IMG/VR virus record: IMGVR_UViG_3300029911_000018
Length of the DNA stretch: 64,000 nt
Strand: one strand, 5' to 3'
Source of the DNA: an uncultured virus (IMG/VR IMGVR_UViG_3300029911_000018)
Lineage: Duplodnaviria; Heunggongvirae; Uroviricota; Caudoviricetes
The position numbers and the translations under genes are program-made. Under the pieces are notes generated by a model. The model had not been told where the DNA came from and did no database searches. It saw nothing but the letters and a program-made list of their open reading frames with translations. Shown piece by piece: positions 46,223 to 57,292 of this stretch. Position 1 is the first letter of the stretch; the number at the start of each line of letters is the position of its first letter.

Positions 46223-46867
46223 TCATCTCTCCTGTTGTTTGCAGTCGCAGTCTTCTTCGCAGGGTTCCATACTCAGTTGATACGCATCAATGGACTCCCG
46301 CACATCTTGTGTTCCCCAACAAATGTAGCTATGGGCTCCATTACCCAAGTGATGCCCCTCTTTGGCGAATAGCTCATACTCACCAGCACCAAGGTCCACC
46401 AGCGTGAACCCATACTTCATCGCCAGTTCAATAATCGTCAACTCGACCGGCGGACGCTTTGTGGTCGTCTTGGGTGTTGTCGGCTCCAGTGGAAAGTCAG
46501 CACCCCAAGCGAAAATCTGCTTGTACTTGCCGGGGTAGCGGCGATAGCGGGGGTGGTTCCGCATCTTGTCGTGGTCTACCCCACGAGTGTGGGCTAATTC
46601 GTGAGCAATGACAAAAGCAAAGTCCACCTTATCCGGGTTGTGTTTGCTTACCCGAACACACATGGAGTTTGACCGAAGCGTGGCGTACCCTGAGCTACTA
46701 CCAGTACTATTGCGGGTGTATACTACCCGCACATGAAGAGCCGGGGCTCCCCGTTTACACAAGTCAGGCCGCTCATCCTTTGCCACATGTGCGATGAAGG
46801 CTTTGATATGGTCTGACCGCCAATGCGTTTTGTTGTTCAGTTCGATTCGCATGTCTTTATTATACAC
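46223..46867 (-). CDS. zincin-like metallopeptidase
   Basis: VIAHELAHTRGVDH. Confidence 0.7.
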   Translation of the reverse strand: MYNKDMRIELNNKTHWRSDHIKAFIAHVAKDERPDLCKRGAPALHVRVVYTRNSTGSSSGYATLRSNSMCVRVSKHNPDKVDFAFVIAHELAHTRGVDHDKMRNHPRYRRYPGKYKQIFAWGADFPLEPTTPKTTTKRPPVELTIIELAMKYGFTLVDLGAGEYELFAKEGHHLGNGAHSYICWGTQDVRESIDAYQLSMEPCEEDCDCKQQER

Positions 46868-47012
46868 CCACAGGTGCCTTAAACCTCTGATTATACACGT
46901 TTTAAGGTAATGTTTATCGAACTCACCAACGTAAACCCTTTATTTTCAACAAAAAATTTTATCAAATTTTCCTCTTGACACGCTATTTTCCATTTTCGGT
47001 TATTATGACTGT

Positions 47013-47402
47013 ATGAACACTAAATCGTCCCGCGAAGAGCGGTTTGCAGCTTGGACAGAGGAAATGATGAAGGCCGAGGCAACTGTCACGGCTGTGGTCA
47101 AAACGGTTGTAGACAAATACGACCCAGAACAGCTTTTGAAGATCGGTTGTCCTTCGGACGAGTATGATTCGGTATGTTCCATCATCGCGGGTGCGATTGT
47201 GCGGGAGGGGATGCATCAAATAACAAAGCAGGAGTTGGGAAACCTTATTGCCTTTGCATGGCAATATGAGTTCGGTCCATGGACAACACCTGTTCGTTAT
47301 TACTCCGTGTTTTACACGATAGCCGAGGAGATTCACCCGTTGATTCCAGAGTATGACCTAAGAATCAACTCTCAGGTTCAGACTCTTCCATCTCCAGAAT
47401 AA
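47013..47402 (+). CDS. DUF1871-like protein
   Basis: YDP..L...GCP.DEYD; own TTGACA..TATTAT promoter. Confidence 0.65.
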   Translation: MNTKSSREERFAAWTEEMMKAEATVTAVVKTVVDKYDPEQLLKIGCPSDEYDSVCSIIAGAIVREGMHQITKQELGNLIAFAWQYEFGPWTTPVRYYSVFYTIAEEIHPLIPEYDLRINSQVQTLPSPE

Positions 47403-47952
47403 TCTCAGTTTCATCCAAGCGGAGTCTTAGATAATCCTCATTGCATTGTTTTGCAAGGACACCAACACCCTCCACCATACCAAATTCGTGTGCTGAGATA
47501 AGAACTTCTCCACCAAATCGGTGAACAAAAACTGCGAGAAGTTGAAGTAATACCTCTTCTCGCAGTTCCTGTGGATTGACAATCTCAAAGCCGGGGTCAC
47601 TCATCACGTAAACCTCTTGATGCTAAAGGGTCAGAAAGTTCAAGCGATGATTTTCTTAAGGCTACCTGCCGCCTGAGCTACACGGGCTGTCTCGCTTGGT
47701 GAAGCAACGATAAGGGGAGATATTTCAACCTCAACAAGAGCAATCTGATTACGTGGAAGAAGGGTGAATTTACCCCCCTCCTTCTTCAACATACCCACTT
47801 GAGAATATTGACCCATCATCTGATTGATGGCTGCTTCAGCCGCGTCAGCAGGACATTTAATGTCCTGCTCAACCACGGAGCCATCAAGTTTGGTTATAAC
47901 GAAGTGTAGATTAGTTTCCATTCAATCCTCACTGGTTAATACTGGTTTTTAG

Positions 47953-50202
47953 TTAAACCAGTTCGCAAAACCCACCGGCACAGGCCAACGTCTCCTGAAG
48001 CTTGGTGTTGTCTTCCTCTTCGATGAGTTCCTTGTAGTCCACATCGACATACTCACGTTGAAGGTCACACCAATACTTCCAGTTGTGAACCTCCTTCAGG
48101 CAGTAGGTCATCTGCTTCCTGTCTCCCTCGAAATAGCGGTCAGCAAACTGACGAGCCCGACGAACCCAATCAGCTTTAGCCAAGCATTCCAGATAAGCCC
48201 TGCGGTCTTCGATAGTTTCGAAGTCAACATTCTCATCTGAAGTGGTAGCGATAGAATCACAATCCAAGGTGTTGACACCAGTAACGTAGTCACAAGCCAA
48301 CCACAAGTTATCGTCAAACCGGGCAAGACCATCCACGATTAACCCTGATGCCATCAAAGAGCCGTCACCATACATCTTCACAATCTCAGCCGGGGTGTGA
48401 ATAGCCACAAACGGAGCTTGTGGATAGTCAAGGTCTCCTGTGTTAGATAACAATGAAATACCAGCGAAATCCTCGCGGTGTCCATAGATGTATGCTTCCA
48501 CCTCATCCCACTCGTTCGGCTTCACGTTGATCGTATTCGAAACGTTATGCCTCAAAAATGATTGAGCGCAGAGTTCATGATTACGCCCTGCGGCGACCCA
48601 GTTGTTTTGCGTCAAACTGACAAGCTCCAGTAACTTAAGCGCGGTTACATCCTTCTTCGTTCTTGCCCCCTCAGGGACTTCAATACAAAAGGAAATAATC
48701 TCGTCGGTACCATTTTTACTCCAGACACTTTTCTCAACCGCACGTGGGTTCCTCTGTTGAAAGAACTGAAGTGGGGCTTCAAGCATGTTGGCCTGTACAC
48801 GACGGATATAACGCTTCGAGTGGTGAGCGTGAATACCTGAAGAAGTCCCAAGGATGCAGGACGTGGTCCCGGCTGGCTTAACACATGTGCAACGGGCGGC
48901 TTGACGAATACCAATTTTGGCGGCTATCTCCTTGTTGACTGCGACCACAAGTGCTGCCATCTCCCGTTGAATCTCTGGATCAAACAAAACCTCAGGACTG
49001 TCCATCATCCCTGTGATGGAAACACCTAGAAGAGCCTCACGACGCACAATATTCTCGGTGGTCACCCCAAGATATGAGAAGTCTGTGTAACCGGCCTGTG
49101 CAGTACCTATAATGGCAGCAGCACGAGCAGCAATAGCAAAGTCTTCCTTCGTCTTGCACTTCTTACCGTTAATCTCGCAAAGGTTGCAAAATGCCCACCC
49201 CGACAGGCCAGTGGTAAGGTCAACTGGAAACATCCCAATCTCACCACACGGGTTGTACATTATCTCGGTGGAGTCCGACCAGACAAATCCCGGTTCACCA
49301 AACTGACGTACCGACTCCATCAAATCATGAAAACTCTCCGGATTAGTAACACCTCGAACGAGCACGACTGAGTTGTTCGACCGACCACGCTGGGGGTTGG
49401 TGTAGTACCAATCTCCTGTTTTGGCCTTAATCATCAAATCATCGTTGGGTGAAAACAAACAGATGGTGGCAGAGCGACGAACCCCGCCGCTGAGCACAGC
49501 ATCACTGGCGTGCATCATGATGTCATAAGCATCAATCGAACGAAGACGAGTCTGACCACTTGCTACACAGCGGTCAAGCAGTTCCCGAATAGCTTCAAGA
49601 GATTTCATCAACGGTTCGGAGCCGGGAGCCTTACCTACACCTGAGGATAGTTTCGAACCCTTTGAACGAATAAGGTCGAAGTTGAATTTCACTTCAAACC
49701 CCGCCCAGTCAGGAGAATCAGGATGAGGATGGTATGTGGCTAAGAGCACACCCAGAGCATCAGCCCAACCCTCAATGGAGTCAGGAATAACAAACTCACG
49801 AATAGGACGATTTACAAGGTTGGAATGGAAGTCAGGAAGTTTAGCGATATGGTGTTGCTGAACAGAGAAACCCACACCGGCTCCACAGAGAAGCAACCAA
49901 AAACCTTCTTGAAAAAACCGAAGCCGGTCACAATAAGAAACGGTGCAGTTATACACACGGGCGTGTTTACTGAGGGCTGGTGCTCCGGCGTATTGAAGTG
50001 CTCGTTGACTCCCAAGTACACGCTTTGCCTTGGATTGTTCAAAAGCCCAAGTTAGTTCATCAGTGATTTGGGGGTAGCGGGATAGGTGCATTTCTAGCAC
50101 CCGGTCGATGGCTTCATTCCATGTATCTCTACGCTTCAAGTCAGAGTTGTAACGAGCGTATTTGGAATGAAAAGTGTAAGACTGAAGAGCCTTGATAGAC
50201 AT
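47953..50202 (-). CDS. nrdJ: class II (B12-dependent) ribonucleotide reductase
   Basis: YNC, GGVRRSA, NPCGEI, CNL.EIN, KPAGT, C-terminal CAGGFC; no beta-subunit gene nearby. Confidence 0.92.
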   Translation of the reverse strand: MSIKALQSYTFHSKYARYNSDLKRRDTWNEAIDRVLEMHLSRYPQITDELTWAFEQSKAKRVLGSQRALQYAGAPALSKHARVYNCTVSYCDRLRFFQEGFWLLLCGAGVGFSVQQHHIAKLPDFHSNLVNRPIREFVIPDSIEGWADALGVLLATYHPHPDSPDWAGFEVKFNFDLIRSKGSKLSSGVGKAPGSEPLMKSLEAIRELLDRCVASGQTRLRSIDAYDIMMHASDAVLSGGVRRSATICLFSPNDDLMIKAKTGDWYYTNPQRGRSNNSVVLVRGVTNPESFHDLMESVRQFGEPGFVWSDSTEIMYNPCGEIGMFPVDLTTGLSGWAFCNLCEINGKKCKTKEDFAIAARAAAIIGTAQAGYTDFSYLGVTTENIVRREALLGVSITGMMDSPEVLFDPEIQREMAALVVAVNKEIAAKIGIRQAARCTCVKPAGTTSCILGTSSGIHAHHSKRYIRRVQANMLEAPLQFFQQRNPRAVEKSVWSKNGTDEIISFCIEVPEGARTKKDVTALKLLELVSLTQNNWVAAGRNHELCAQSFLRHNVSNTINVKPNEWDEVEAYIYGHREDFAGISLLSNTGDLDYPQAPFVAIHTPAEIVKMYGDGSLMASGLIVDGLARFDDNLWLACDYVTGVNTLDCDSIATTSDENVDFETIEDRRAYLECLAKADWVRRARQFADRYFEGDRKQMTYCLKEVHNWKYWCDLQREYVDVDYKELIEEEDNTKLQETLACAGGFCELV

Positions 50203-50422
50203 AGGTATGCGATGATTTCCTTAAAGGTTGAATGTCGGATTGTTTACCGCGACGTGGTGCGTAATTAGGGTTTGGAATTGAAGGACTCCACTTACTGGCG
50301 ATTTCCTCTCATTATCCGATTTCGCAGTAAGACTGGAGTTTTGTACTCTATGCTTCACGGCTTAAATGGCTACTTTTCTCAATACCACTGATGTTTCTAT
50401 TTTGTATAGAAAATCGAGGGTC

Positions 50423-51430
50423 TTACTCGATAGCTTTACAGTTGATACCCACACAGTTGTCCACAATTCGACGCCACACTGGCTCCCCCGTATTGTTGAT
50501 AGCTTGGTTGTCGGTTTTGCACAGCCACGCTTGAAAACTTTCCTTGCTGCGGTGGTTGGTAGTTATTACAATTTGACCCTCAGTTTCATCAATTGCACAA
50601 ATCAACTCAAACAGCTTGTTGGCTTTGAACTCTGTCAACCGGGATTTATCAATTTCCTCAATGACAACGCAAGAAGTTCGACCGAGTTGCTTGTTTTTCC
50701 GAATACGGTTGGGTGAAAGAGTGGGGGCATCTGCATCATCAGGGTGGTTCTGATAATCCAGCAGTGATTGAATGTATGTATCCCAGTTGATGTAATGAAT
50801 CCAGAATGAATCAACATAAGTGTTGAACCCATACCTATCTTCGAGATGGTCATTCCAAGTGCGCTCCAATGCACTTCTAACCAAGGCGGTAGCGTAGGTA
50901 GTCTTTCCCGTGCCGGGAGCACCATAGAAAAAGTAACCCTTGTTCTGGTTGTCCCTCAAAAAGCGAATGATCCTCACTTGACGTTCTCTACTCATTTTGG
51001 AGTTGGAAGATGGCAGCAGTGATAACACGTTGGATTGCTGATACCGGCTAGGCAGAAGCCGTTTCAGGTAGTCTCTCTTCTCCTTCATCTTGACTTCGAT
51101 AGGGCAGGGTTTATTTACAGTTTGGCGTCTTCCCGTGTCTTCTCCACCTTCAATCCATGTCTGAACCACAGGTATTTTACCCGTCCCTTTACAAAGGAAA
51201 CACGGTTCTATGCCGAACATGATAGCATCGTAAGTTTTAGCAGAGATAGGATTATCAGGGTGATAAGGGCTCTCTACAGTGCGCCAGTAGGGGGCAGGAG
51301 GGTTGGGCTTGAAAGTACCCTGCTCCATCTCTTCGCGGATGCGTTCCAGTTCATCCTCGGCGTCTATCTTATCCTCTCGAAAAACATCTTCAAAATCGAG
51401 ACCCTCATGGGGCTTAACTTCTTCAGTCAT
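50423..51430 (-). CDS. DnaC/IstB-like ATPase (helicase loader)
   Basis: YGAPGTGKT, IEEIDK, IVITTN. Confidence 0.8.
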   Translation of the reverse strand: MTEEVKPHEGLDFEDVFREDKIDAEDELERIREEMEQGTFKPNPPAPYWRTVESPYHPDNPISAKTYDAIMFGIEPCFLCKGTGKIPVVQTWIEGGEDTGRRQTVNKPCPIEVKMKEKRDYLKRLLPSRYQQSNVLSLLPSSNSKMSRERQVRIIRFLRDNQNKGYFFYGAPGTGKTTYATALVRSALERTWNDHLEDRYGFNTYVDSFWIHYINWDTYIQSLLDYQNHPDDADAPTLSPNRIRKNKQLGRTSCVVIEEIDKSRLTEFKANKLFELICAIDETEGQIVITTNHRSKESFQAWLCKTDNQAINNTGEPVWRRIVDNCVGINCKAIE

Positions 51431-51432
51431 GA

Positions 51433-51993
51433 CTAACCTTCCACCCTTTTTAATACCGCAGCGGCCTCAACATCTGAGGTAAATATGAAAAACTCGCAAT
51501 CCCAAACAACTCCGGTGGATGCATGAAAGTAAGCCCCAAAATCAGCATAAGCACACAACCCTTTTTCGAAAAGAGAAGACACTCGGGCCTGACACGCCTT
51601 GTAATCAGCAGAGCCCACCATAAAACCATCGGCCTTTGTGTTACACCAGACATTAGCCGGGATGGACGAAACCCTTGTGTGTTTTTTGCCTTTCTGGTTA
51701 ACCCTCCAAACTTTAATGAGACCAGAGGCGTGCTTAACTAAGGTCACCATCGGGTCATTGGCTTTCGCCAGATAATCCACGGAGGAGAATTTAGGATTAT
51801 CGGAGGTGTTCTCCGTTACAGCCCACGTCATGAACTCTTTGAGTTCAGTAGGAGTGAGGCTGTGCTCTTTAAGTAAAGGGCGGATATATTTCACCCAAGG
51901 CATTAGGTTTGTTACTCCCATTAGTTGCTTGAAGTGAACAACACAGTCGGTAGCTTCCGGGTCTTTAGGCAAGTTCGTCATCTTCTTCCTCAA
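51433..51993 (-). CDS. hypothetical replication-cluster protein
   Basis: Between initiator and loader. Confidence 0.6.
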   Translation of the reverse strand: MRKKMTNLPKDPEATDCVVHFKQLMGVTNLMPWVKYIRPLLKEHSLTPTELKEFMTWAVTENTSDNPKFSSVDYLAKANDPMVTLVKHASGLIKVWRVNQKGKKHTRVSSIPANVWCNTKADGFMVGSADYKACQARVSSLFEKGLCAYADFGAYFHASTGVVWDCEFFIFTSDVEAAAVLKRVEG

Positions 51994-52522
51994 TACTCAA
52001 ATTACCTACCCTTTCCTGCTCAGTTTCGGTGAAGTTAGAATGTGATTCTAACTGTATATGTGACTGTGTATGTGTATGTATATGTGAAGGCATGGCTGGA
52101 GCATATGCTTGGACGATGCTCGTAGCAATGCTTGGAGCATCACCTGTAGCATCCTTACCCCATCTTGCTTTAGCGGCGTTTGATGCCTTCTCCGACGCCT
52201 TCTTAGAGCGTACCTTCTCCTTATCCACTCGCTTCTGATGCCACATACCCTCCCCATCTTGTTGAAAATACTCATCAAGAATTGCACCAACCACTTTTTC
52301 GGCTCTATCATTCCACAGTTTAGCAATCCTAATCAGGGTTGAAATGTTGTTGGGTAAGCATCCTCTTTTCCAGCAGTGGAGCATAAGCAGTAGGTATGCT
52401 CCACTGCTCTCCGCATCAAGGTGCATTGTGTCGGCCAGAAAATCGCCAATGTAAAACGGCATCCAGAAGTCTGCTGACTTATGCTCAGTAGCATCCGATT
52501 CGTTGGTAGTTTTCTTGCTCAT
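51965..52522 (-). CDS. DUF1376/YdaU-like replication initiator
   Basis: WMPFYIGDFLADTMHL....GAYLLL...W..QKR...E. Confidence 0.85.
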   Translation of the reverse strand: MSKKTTNESDATEHKSADFWMPFYIGDFLADTMHLDAESSGAYLLLMLHCWKRGCLPNNISTLIRIAKLWNDRAEKVVGAILDEYFQQDGEGMWHQKRVDKEKVRSKKASEKASNAAKARWGKDATGDAPSIATSIVQAYAPAMPSHIHTHTQSHIQLESHSNFTETEQERVGNLSIEEEDDELA

Positions 52523-54063
52523 ATTCCAAGCTCTTCCTCAGTGAAATTCCCGAGTGTCTCGGGGGATTTATTGTCGCCAACCTGTTTAGTAACTCCGTCC
52601 TTCATATATTCAAACGCCCCGCTATTTGGGTTGAGCATCATTTTGATTGTGGGGGCGCGACGACCCTTACGTTGCTTAATCTGTTGAATTTCAATCTGGT
52701 CCCCCATTTTCATGTCGTCATCCGACCAGACAGAAAGACACAGGTCAAGATCATGTTGGAACTCAGAGACGGTAGAGATGGCATTCAAATCGTAACGAGC
52801 CTCCCCTTCCTCAGCCTTCTGAGCCTTCTTGTTGCCTTCACGGTTGACTTGAATAGGGGTAAGTACAACGAGCCCTTTGTTGCTATCAAACGAACGGGTA
52901 AGTCCTTGTACATCATGCACAAGCTTCTTTTGTGCTTGTTCACGGAATCGAGCATCACCCGGAGTATCCAAACGACCTATATAGTCAATGATGAGGATGT
53001 CATACTGGTTAGCTTTGTGGTTTTGATTGAGATGGTCAACAATACTATCCCAGTCGCGGAACTGCTGACAATCGAGGAGTCCCGGTAAATTCTTCCGAGT
53101 CTCAATGTCTTTCAATATCCGACTCAGGTTGGCTAAGTCTTGCGGTGTAATTTTGCTTTTTTCTCCATCCCAGTCATTTAGGGGTGGTAACTCAAAGTCA
53201 TAATCAGGATGCGATTGGTGAAGGAACGCCATGAACTCCCAAATTTCTTGGGGGTTATGCTCTGTCGAGCAGTAAAGAATGTGCGCTCCCTGCTTGAGCC
53301 AGTTGTAGCAGATGAAGTTTGTCAGTGTGGTTTTACCATCACCTGACATACCCAATGCGGCAAGGAACCTCAAATTCTGCTTGCCTACCTTAACGCACTC
53401 ATCTATATGTGGGAGGCCAATAGGGAATCGGTCACCTTTATTTTCCTTCAGCCGGTCAACCACTCCCTCGCGAATAGTTTGTGTCTTCTCATGGAGAATA
53501 CCTGCGGGTGCGGGTATCTCAGGGGTGAAGTCTTGGGCAAGCTGTCCACGCAGCCATGAGATGGCAGCATCTGGTCCTGACTCTTTTAACTTGTCAGGGG
53601 TCTCATTACCATTGGCAATCCCACCAGCCACTTTACATTGATTTGCAATCCATCTTTTTCGGGCGGTTGCAAGTAAGGTATCAAACAATAGGTTATTATC
53701 CAGAGTAAGGTCTTCACTCTCTGACGTATATTCGGCCAACTGGGTTATGTTATCGTTGAGCCCCTCAATTTGTTTGAACTCTTTTATCTGGTCTGTGTTG
53801 TGGGTTACGTAATAGAGTAGAGCGCCTACACTTCCCGGAGAACGTTGCCGCTTCTGATAGTGTAGTATAACTGCTCGAAATGTAGGAAGGTTTACAGTCT
53901 CATCCCTATCACCATCTACCCAACGTCGGGCTATCCATAGAAAGGCCGACTTATTTTGCAGGTAAAAGGAGTATAGGTCTTTGGTGCAGAGACGATACAC
54001 CATCTCAGTGAGGTAGGCTGGCATTGTTAATCCCCATTCATAGTCTCTCTTCCCCATCTTCAT
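52519..54063 (-). CDS. DnaB-like replicative helicase
   Basis: GMSGDGKTT, STE, IIDY, QVNR, KQR. Confidence 0.8.
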   Translation of the reverse strand: MKMGKRDYEWGLTMPAYLTEMVYRLCTKDLYSFYLQNKSAFLWIARRWVDGDRDETVNLPTFRAVILHYQKRQRSPGSVGALLYYVTHNTDQIKEFKQIEGLNDNITQLAEYTSESEDLTLDNNLLFDTLLATARKRWIANQCKVAGGIANGNETPDKLKESGPDAAISWLRGQLAQDFTPEIPAPAGILHEKTQTIREGVVDRLKENKGDRFPIGLPHIDECVKVGKQNLRFLAALGMSGDGKTTLTNFICYNWLKQGAHILYCSTEHNPQEIWEFMAFLHQSHPDYDFELPPLNDWDGEKSKITPQDLANLSRILKDIETRKNLPGLLDCQQFRDWDSIVDHLNQNHKANQYDILIIDYIGRLDTPGDARFREQAQKKLVHDVQGLTRSFDSNKGLVVLTPIQVNREGNKKAQKAEEGEARYDLNAISTVSEFQHDLDLCLSVWSDDDMKMGDQIEIQQIKQRKGRRAPTIKMMLNPNSGAFEYMKDGVTKQVGDNKSPETLGNFTEEELGI

Positions 54064-54202
54064 TGAAAAGAGAGGTAGGCAGTGATGGGGTAGCTGCCTA
54101 CCATAGTGTTACGTCGGGGTGTACGTGCCCGAATAACCCTTAATACTCGGTTCGTGCGGTGACAGCGATTTTAGAGAAAGCGGCTTTTCGTTCATTCGAT
54201 GT

Positions 54203-54706
54203 ATGGAACAGTTAGAACAGGTTGAAGTTAAGCTTCTAAACTATACCTTTCAGTTCAAAAAAATGAGATGGCGTGAGCACGCCGCCATTAAGTTTGAGAA
54301 GGGTAAAGACCCCCAGCGAATTCTGTTGGCTCACGCTTTGTTGACGGTCTCCGGGATTAAGCCTAGTTTTGAAGAAGCTATGCGTGTGATGGCAGCAATC
54401 CCGGCTCCTTACGTGGACCGAGTGTTCAAGGTTTGGCGGAGCTCTTTCCCTCCGGCCCGGAAGTTTACTACATCCATGTTGTATTGTGCCCCGGAGCCTG
54501 TTCAATATAGTAAACAGGTTGAATTGGATGAGGGTGAAGAGGATGTGGTTCATGATAGGTCGATGCAAGAGATGGAGTCTAAGTTTGGGTCTCAGGAGTT
54601 AGCTGAGACCCGTGAGTTAGAACAGAGAATCCTACTCGCCGCCCAACGTAAAGAGGGTGGTTACCGTGGGGCAGTTAGAGCCACCGAGGATAAGAATGGT
54701 AAGTAA
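54203..54706 (+). CDS. hypothetical protein (tail cluster)
   Basis: First plus-strand gene of the late block. Confidence 0.65.
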   Translation: MEQLEQVEVKLLNYTFQFKKMRWREHAAIKFEKGKDPQRILLAHALLTVSGIKPSFEEAMRVMAAIPAPYVDRVFKVWRSSFPPARKFTTSMLYCAPEPVQYSKQVELDEGEEDVVHDRSMQEMESKFGSQELAETRELEQRILLAAQRKEGGYRGAVRATEDKNGK

Positions 54707-55796
54707 AAACCAACTCAGGAATGCAGCTAAGCAAAACCCCAACATCCCATCGGGTGTAGACCTGATGCGGAAAATCAATGAGGGGGTGTCTCAGAAGACT
54801 CCTAGTGAATACATCCAGACCGTCCGCACCTCTATTGTTGATAACTGTGATGAGCTTCTTGAGGTAGGAGCCCGTATCCGGCCTATGTTGGTTGAAGGTA
54901 AGCAGATTGGGTGGGTAAGAGGTATTCATCATACAGAACGTCGTAGGTTGTCCCGATGGTTGTTCGATTCAAACGAGTATCTCGTGACAGTTCTTACTCT
55001 GGCTACAACTCTTACTCGACCAGAGATAGAGGATTTAAGCCCATTGGAGTTCCGCAATCTGATTATGTTAGTTCAGAAAATGTCTGATTACGACATTTCT
55101 CTTTTCCCCTATATATCAGCGTTCACCAGTACATTTGTCTCCGAGAACCTGTGGCATGGTCAAGGAACACGTCTTACATCGTTTGAGAATCGAGTTATTG
55201 ACCTCCCTGATGGGAACACTATGAAGATTCTAGTGCCTTCGGATCACGCTCGACTGTGGGCTTCTTTGTGTGTCTACCGGGAGCAAGCAAAGGTGCGATT
55301 GGATGCAAGCTGGAACGCCGTCTTGCAGGTTCGTCCTATGGCAGGAAAGAGTGTAGACCCCTTGGCGGCAGAGTTGAAAAAGACATCCCGGCAGCTTGCC
55401 GCGAATAGTATGGAACCATGGGAGAGCCTTGTCAAATCCCACGAGGCTACTGACCTCGATGATGGCTGGGCTCACGCGGAAAACTTGGAGACCCGTGAAG
55501 GTATGCTCAAGGAACTCCATGGTATGTTGGCGAACGACCGTCATGAGCAGCTTATGGCGAAGTTCGAGAAGCAGCAAATTGACGCAGCCGAGGAGCGTAG
55601 GAAGGCGATTGAAGCCATGTCTCGTCGTCGCGGTGGTCCGGGTATCAATGAAGAGACCATCCGGGTGGAGACAGATGCTGATGTACGTCAAAGGGAGAAA
55701 GACCTTAAAAAAGGTAGAATGGCTCCGGCTCCAATTGACCGCAGTAAGACGGAGACCACACCCAATCCGGTGGAGAGAATAAAGCGGTATCAGTGA
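54696..55796 (+). CDS. hypothetical protein (tail cluster)
   Basis: GAGGA RBS, long ORF. Confidence 0.7.
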   Translation: MVSKNQLRNAAKQNPNIPSGVDLMRKINEGVSQKTPSEYIQTVRTSIVDNCDELLEVGARIRPMLVEGKQIGWVRGIHHTERRRLSRWLFDSNEYLVTVLTLATTLTRPEIEDLSPLEFRNLIMLVQKMSDYDISLFPYISAFTSTFVSENLWHGQGTRLTSFENRVIDLPDGNTMKILVPSDHARLWASLCVYREQAKVRLDASWNAVLQVRPMAGKSVDPLAAELKKTSRQLAANSMEPWESLVKSHEATDLDDGWAHAENLETREGMLKELHGMLANDRHEQLMAKFEKQQIDAAEERRKAIEAMSRRRGGPGINEETIRVETDADVRQREKDLKKGRMAPAPIDRSKTETTPNPVERIKRYQ

Positions 55797-56008
55797 TTTT
55801 TATTTTAAGGACTTGAGGAACCTCAAGGTAGAGGAGTGATTTATGAAAATCAACACCACACGTTCGGTATCAAATGGCTTCGAGTTAGACCGGGACGACT
55901 CGATTCCCGGCCTACTCAAAGAACTTGATGCCTTCATTCATAATCCCGACGAGCATGAGCGGGTTATGGCCGCATTTGACCAACAACACTGCAAAAAGTA
56001 CAGCGAGA

Positions 56009-56587
56009 CTACAACCGCGACGGCCAAGGTCGAGGCCATTTGAGGTAATCATGACCATAACGTTCAATCATATAACCCCTCACGTCTCTATCCATCGTGT
56101 CATATTGATGGGTACAAACTTCAAGATTTGCTTGGTTGAATTGCTCTTGAATGCTTAATCGTTTTGGCTTGGGTTCCTTCGGTGGGTCAAATAAACGATG
56201 GCGGATATACCGTTGCAGGATGCCGACGATGAGGAAGGCGAAGAGCAGGGAGACATCCCCTTCCTTAGACATGTTCTTTATGATGAAATCGCCTTCGGCT
56301 GCGGCAATCACAATGGATATAATCCCACCGAAAACGGTGTACAAGGGAGCATAAAAGAAGGTGAAAATCGCGAGGACCGTAAAAGTCGGAACGAGGATTG
56401 AGGCCAGTGACAAGGGCTCCCCATTGCACAACTGGATTATTGGGTAGATAAGACCGAGGGTGACAACGAGGACAAGAAAAAGGACACCCTTAACACCATC
56501 AATAACAAATTGAACAGGGGTCAACACCGTGTTCATGGTTTCGTAGTACGCATTTTGTGGGTTTTGGTTTTCCATGGACTCCTCCAC
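56009..56587 (-). CDS. membrane protein
   Basis: Multiple TM segments; own TATACT promoter. Confidence 0.65.
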   Translation of the reverse strand: MEESMENQNPQNAYYETMNTVLTPVQFVIDGVKGVLFLVLVVTLGLIYPIIQLCNGEPLSLASILVPTFTVLAIFTFFYAPLYTVFGGIISIVIAAAEGDFIIKNMSKEGDVSLLFAFLIVGILQRYIRHRLFDPPKEPKPKRLSIQEQFNQANLEVCTHQYDTMDRDVRGYMIERYGHDYLKWPRPWPSRL

Positions 56588-56656
56588 TCACAGTATACCA
56601 ACAACACATAAGTTTTAGCTAGTTTTTAGGAACTATTTCATCTAATAGGAGCTTTT

Positions 56657-57289
56657 ATGGAAGACAACGTTTATGTATTACCCTCTGAGAAGATTGAGAC
56701 CGCTGTTCCAACAGCCACTCCAACAGCCACTATACCAGTTAACAAACCCACTTCTATCGAAGATATTATCGCCGGTCTAAGGGGGTTTGGGGTTGAGGAA
56801 AATGAAGAGATTTTGACTTTTACCAGTCGGACAGGTAGAAACGTTAGGCTTCGCATCACTAATATGCCTACCGATGAAGAACTTAACGCTCTCGTATCCG
56901 CTGAAGAATTTAAGGGATACGCATGGGTTCAACGCATTCGAGTGGAAATACTCTCTCGTTCCATATCTTGGATTGATGGGGTAGATATTCGAAGCCTTCG
57001 GGAGCAAAAGGCGGCTATTACCGACGTAGATGGTGTTAAGCGTGATGTTCAAATAGTTCTCCGCAATGTCATCTTAGGTTGGGGGCAAGAACTGGTGCAG
57101 ACTCTTTGGAAGATTGCCATGGTTCACTCTGACAAGATCGAAAAACGGTATCAGGCGGAATTCCCGGACTCTACCATTATGACTGAAGTTGAACGTCGAT
57201 TTATGGAGACAGTGATGCGGGAGATTGAAGATACCAGCAAGGAAATAATTGAAGATTCAGTAAAACAAATGTTTGAAAAGGAAGAGTAA
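56657..57289 (+). CDS. probable tail assembly chaperone
   Basis: Acidic ORF directly before the tape-measure-like gene. Confidence 0.55.
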   Translation: MEDNVYVLPSEKIETAVPTATPTATIPVNKPTSIEDIIAGLRGFGVEENEEILTFTSRTGRNVRLRITNMPTDEELNALVSAEEFKGYAWVQRIRVEILSRSISWIDGVDIRSLREQKAAITDVDGVKRDVQIVLRNVILGWGQELVQTLWKIAMVHSDKIEKRYQAEFPDSTIMTEVERRFMETVMREIEDTSKEIIEDSVKQMFEKEE

Positions 57290-57292
57290 CTA

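Noticed and set aside
54690..54712. G/GT-type tail chaperone frameshift
   Set aside because: No slippery heptamer before the stop; the second ORF has its own RBS and ATG
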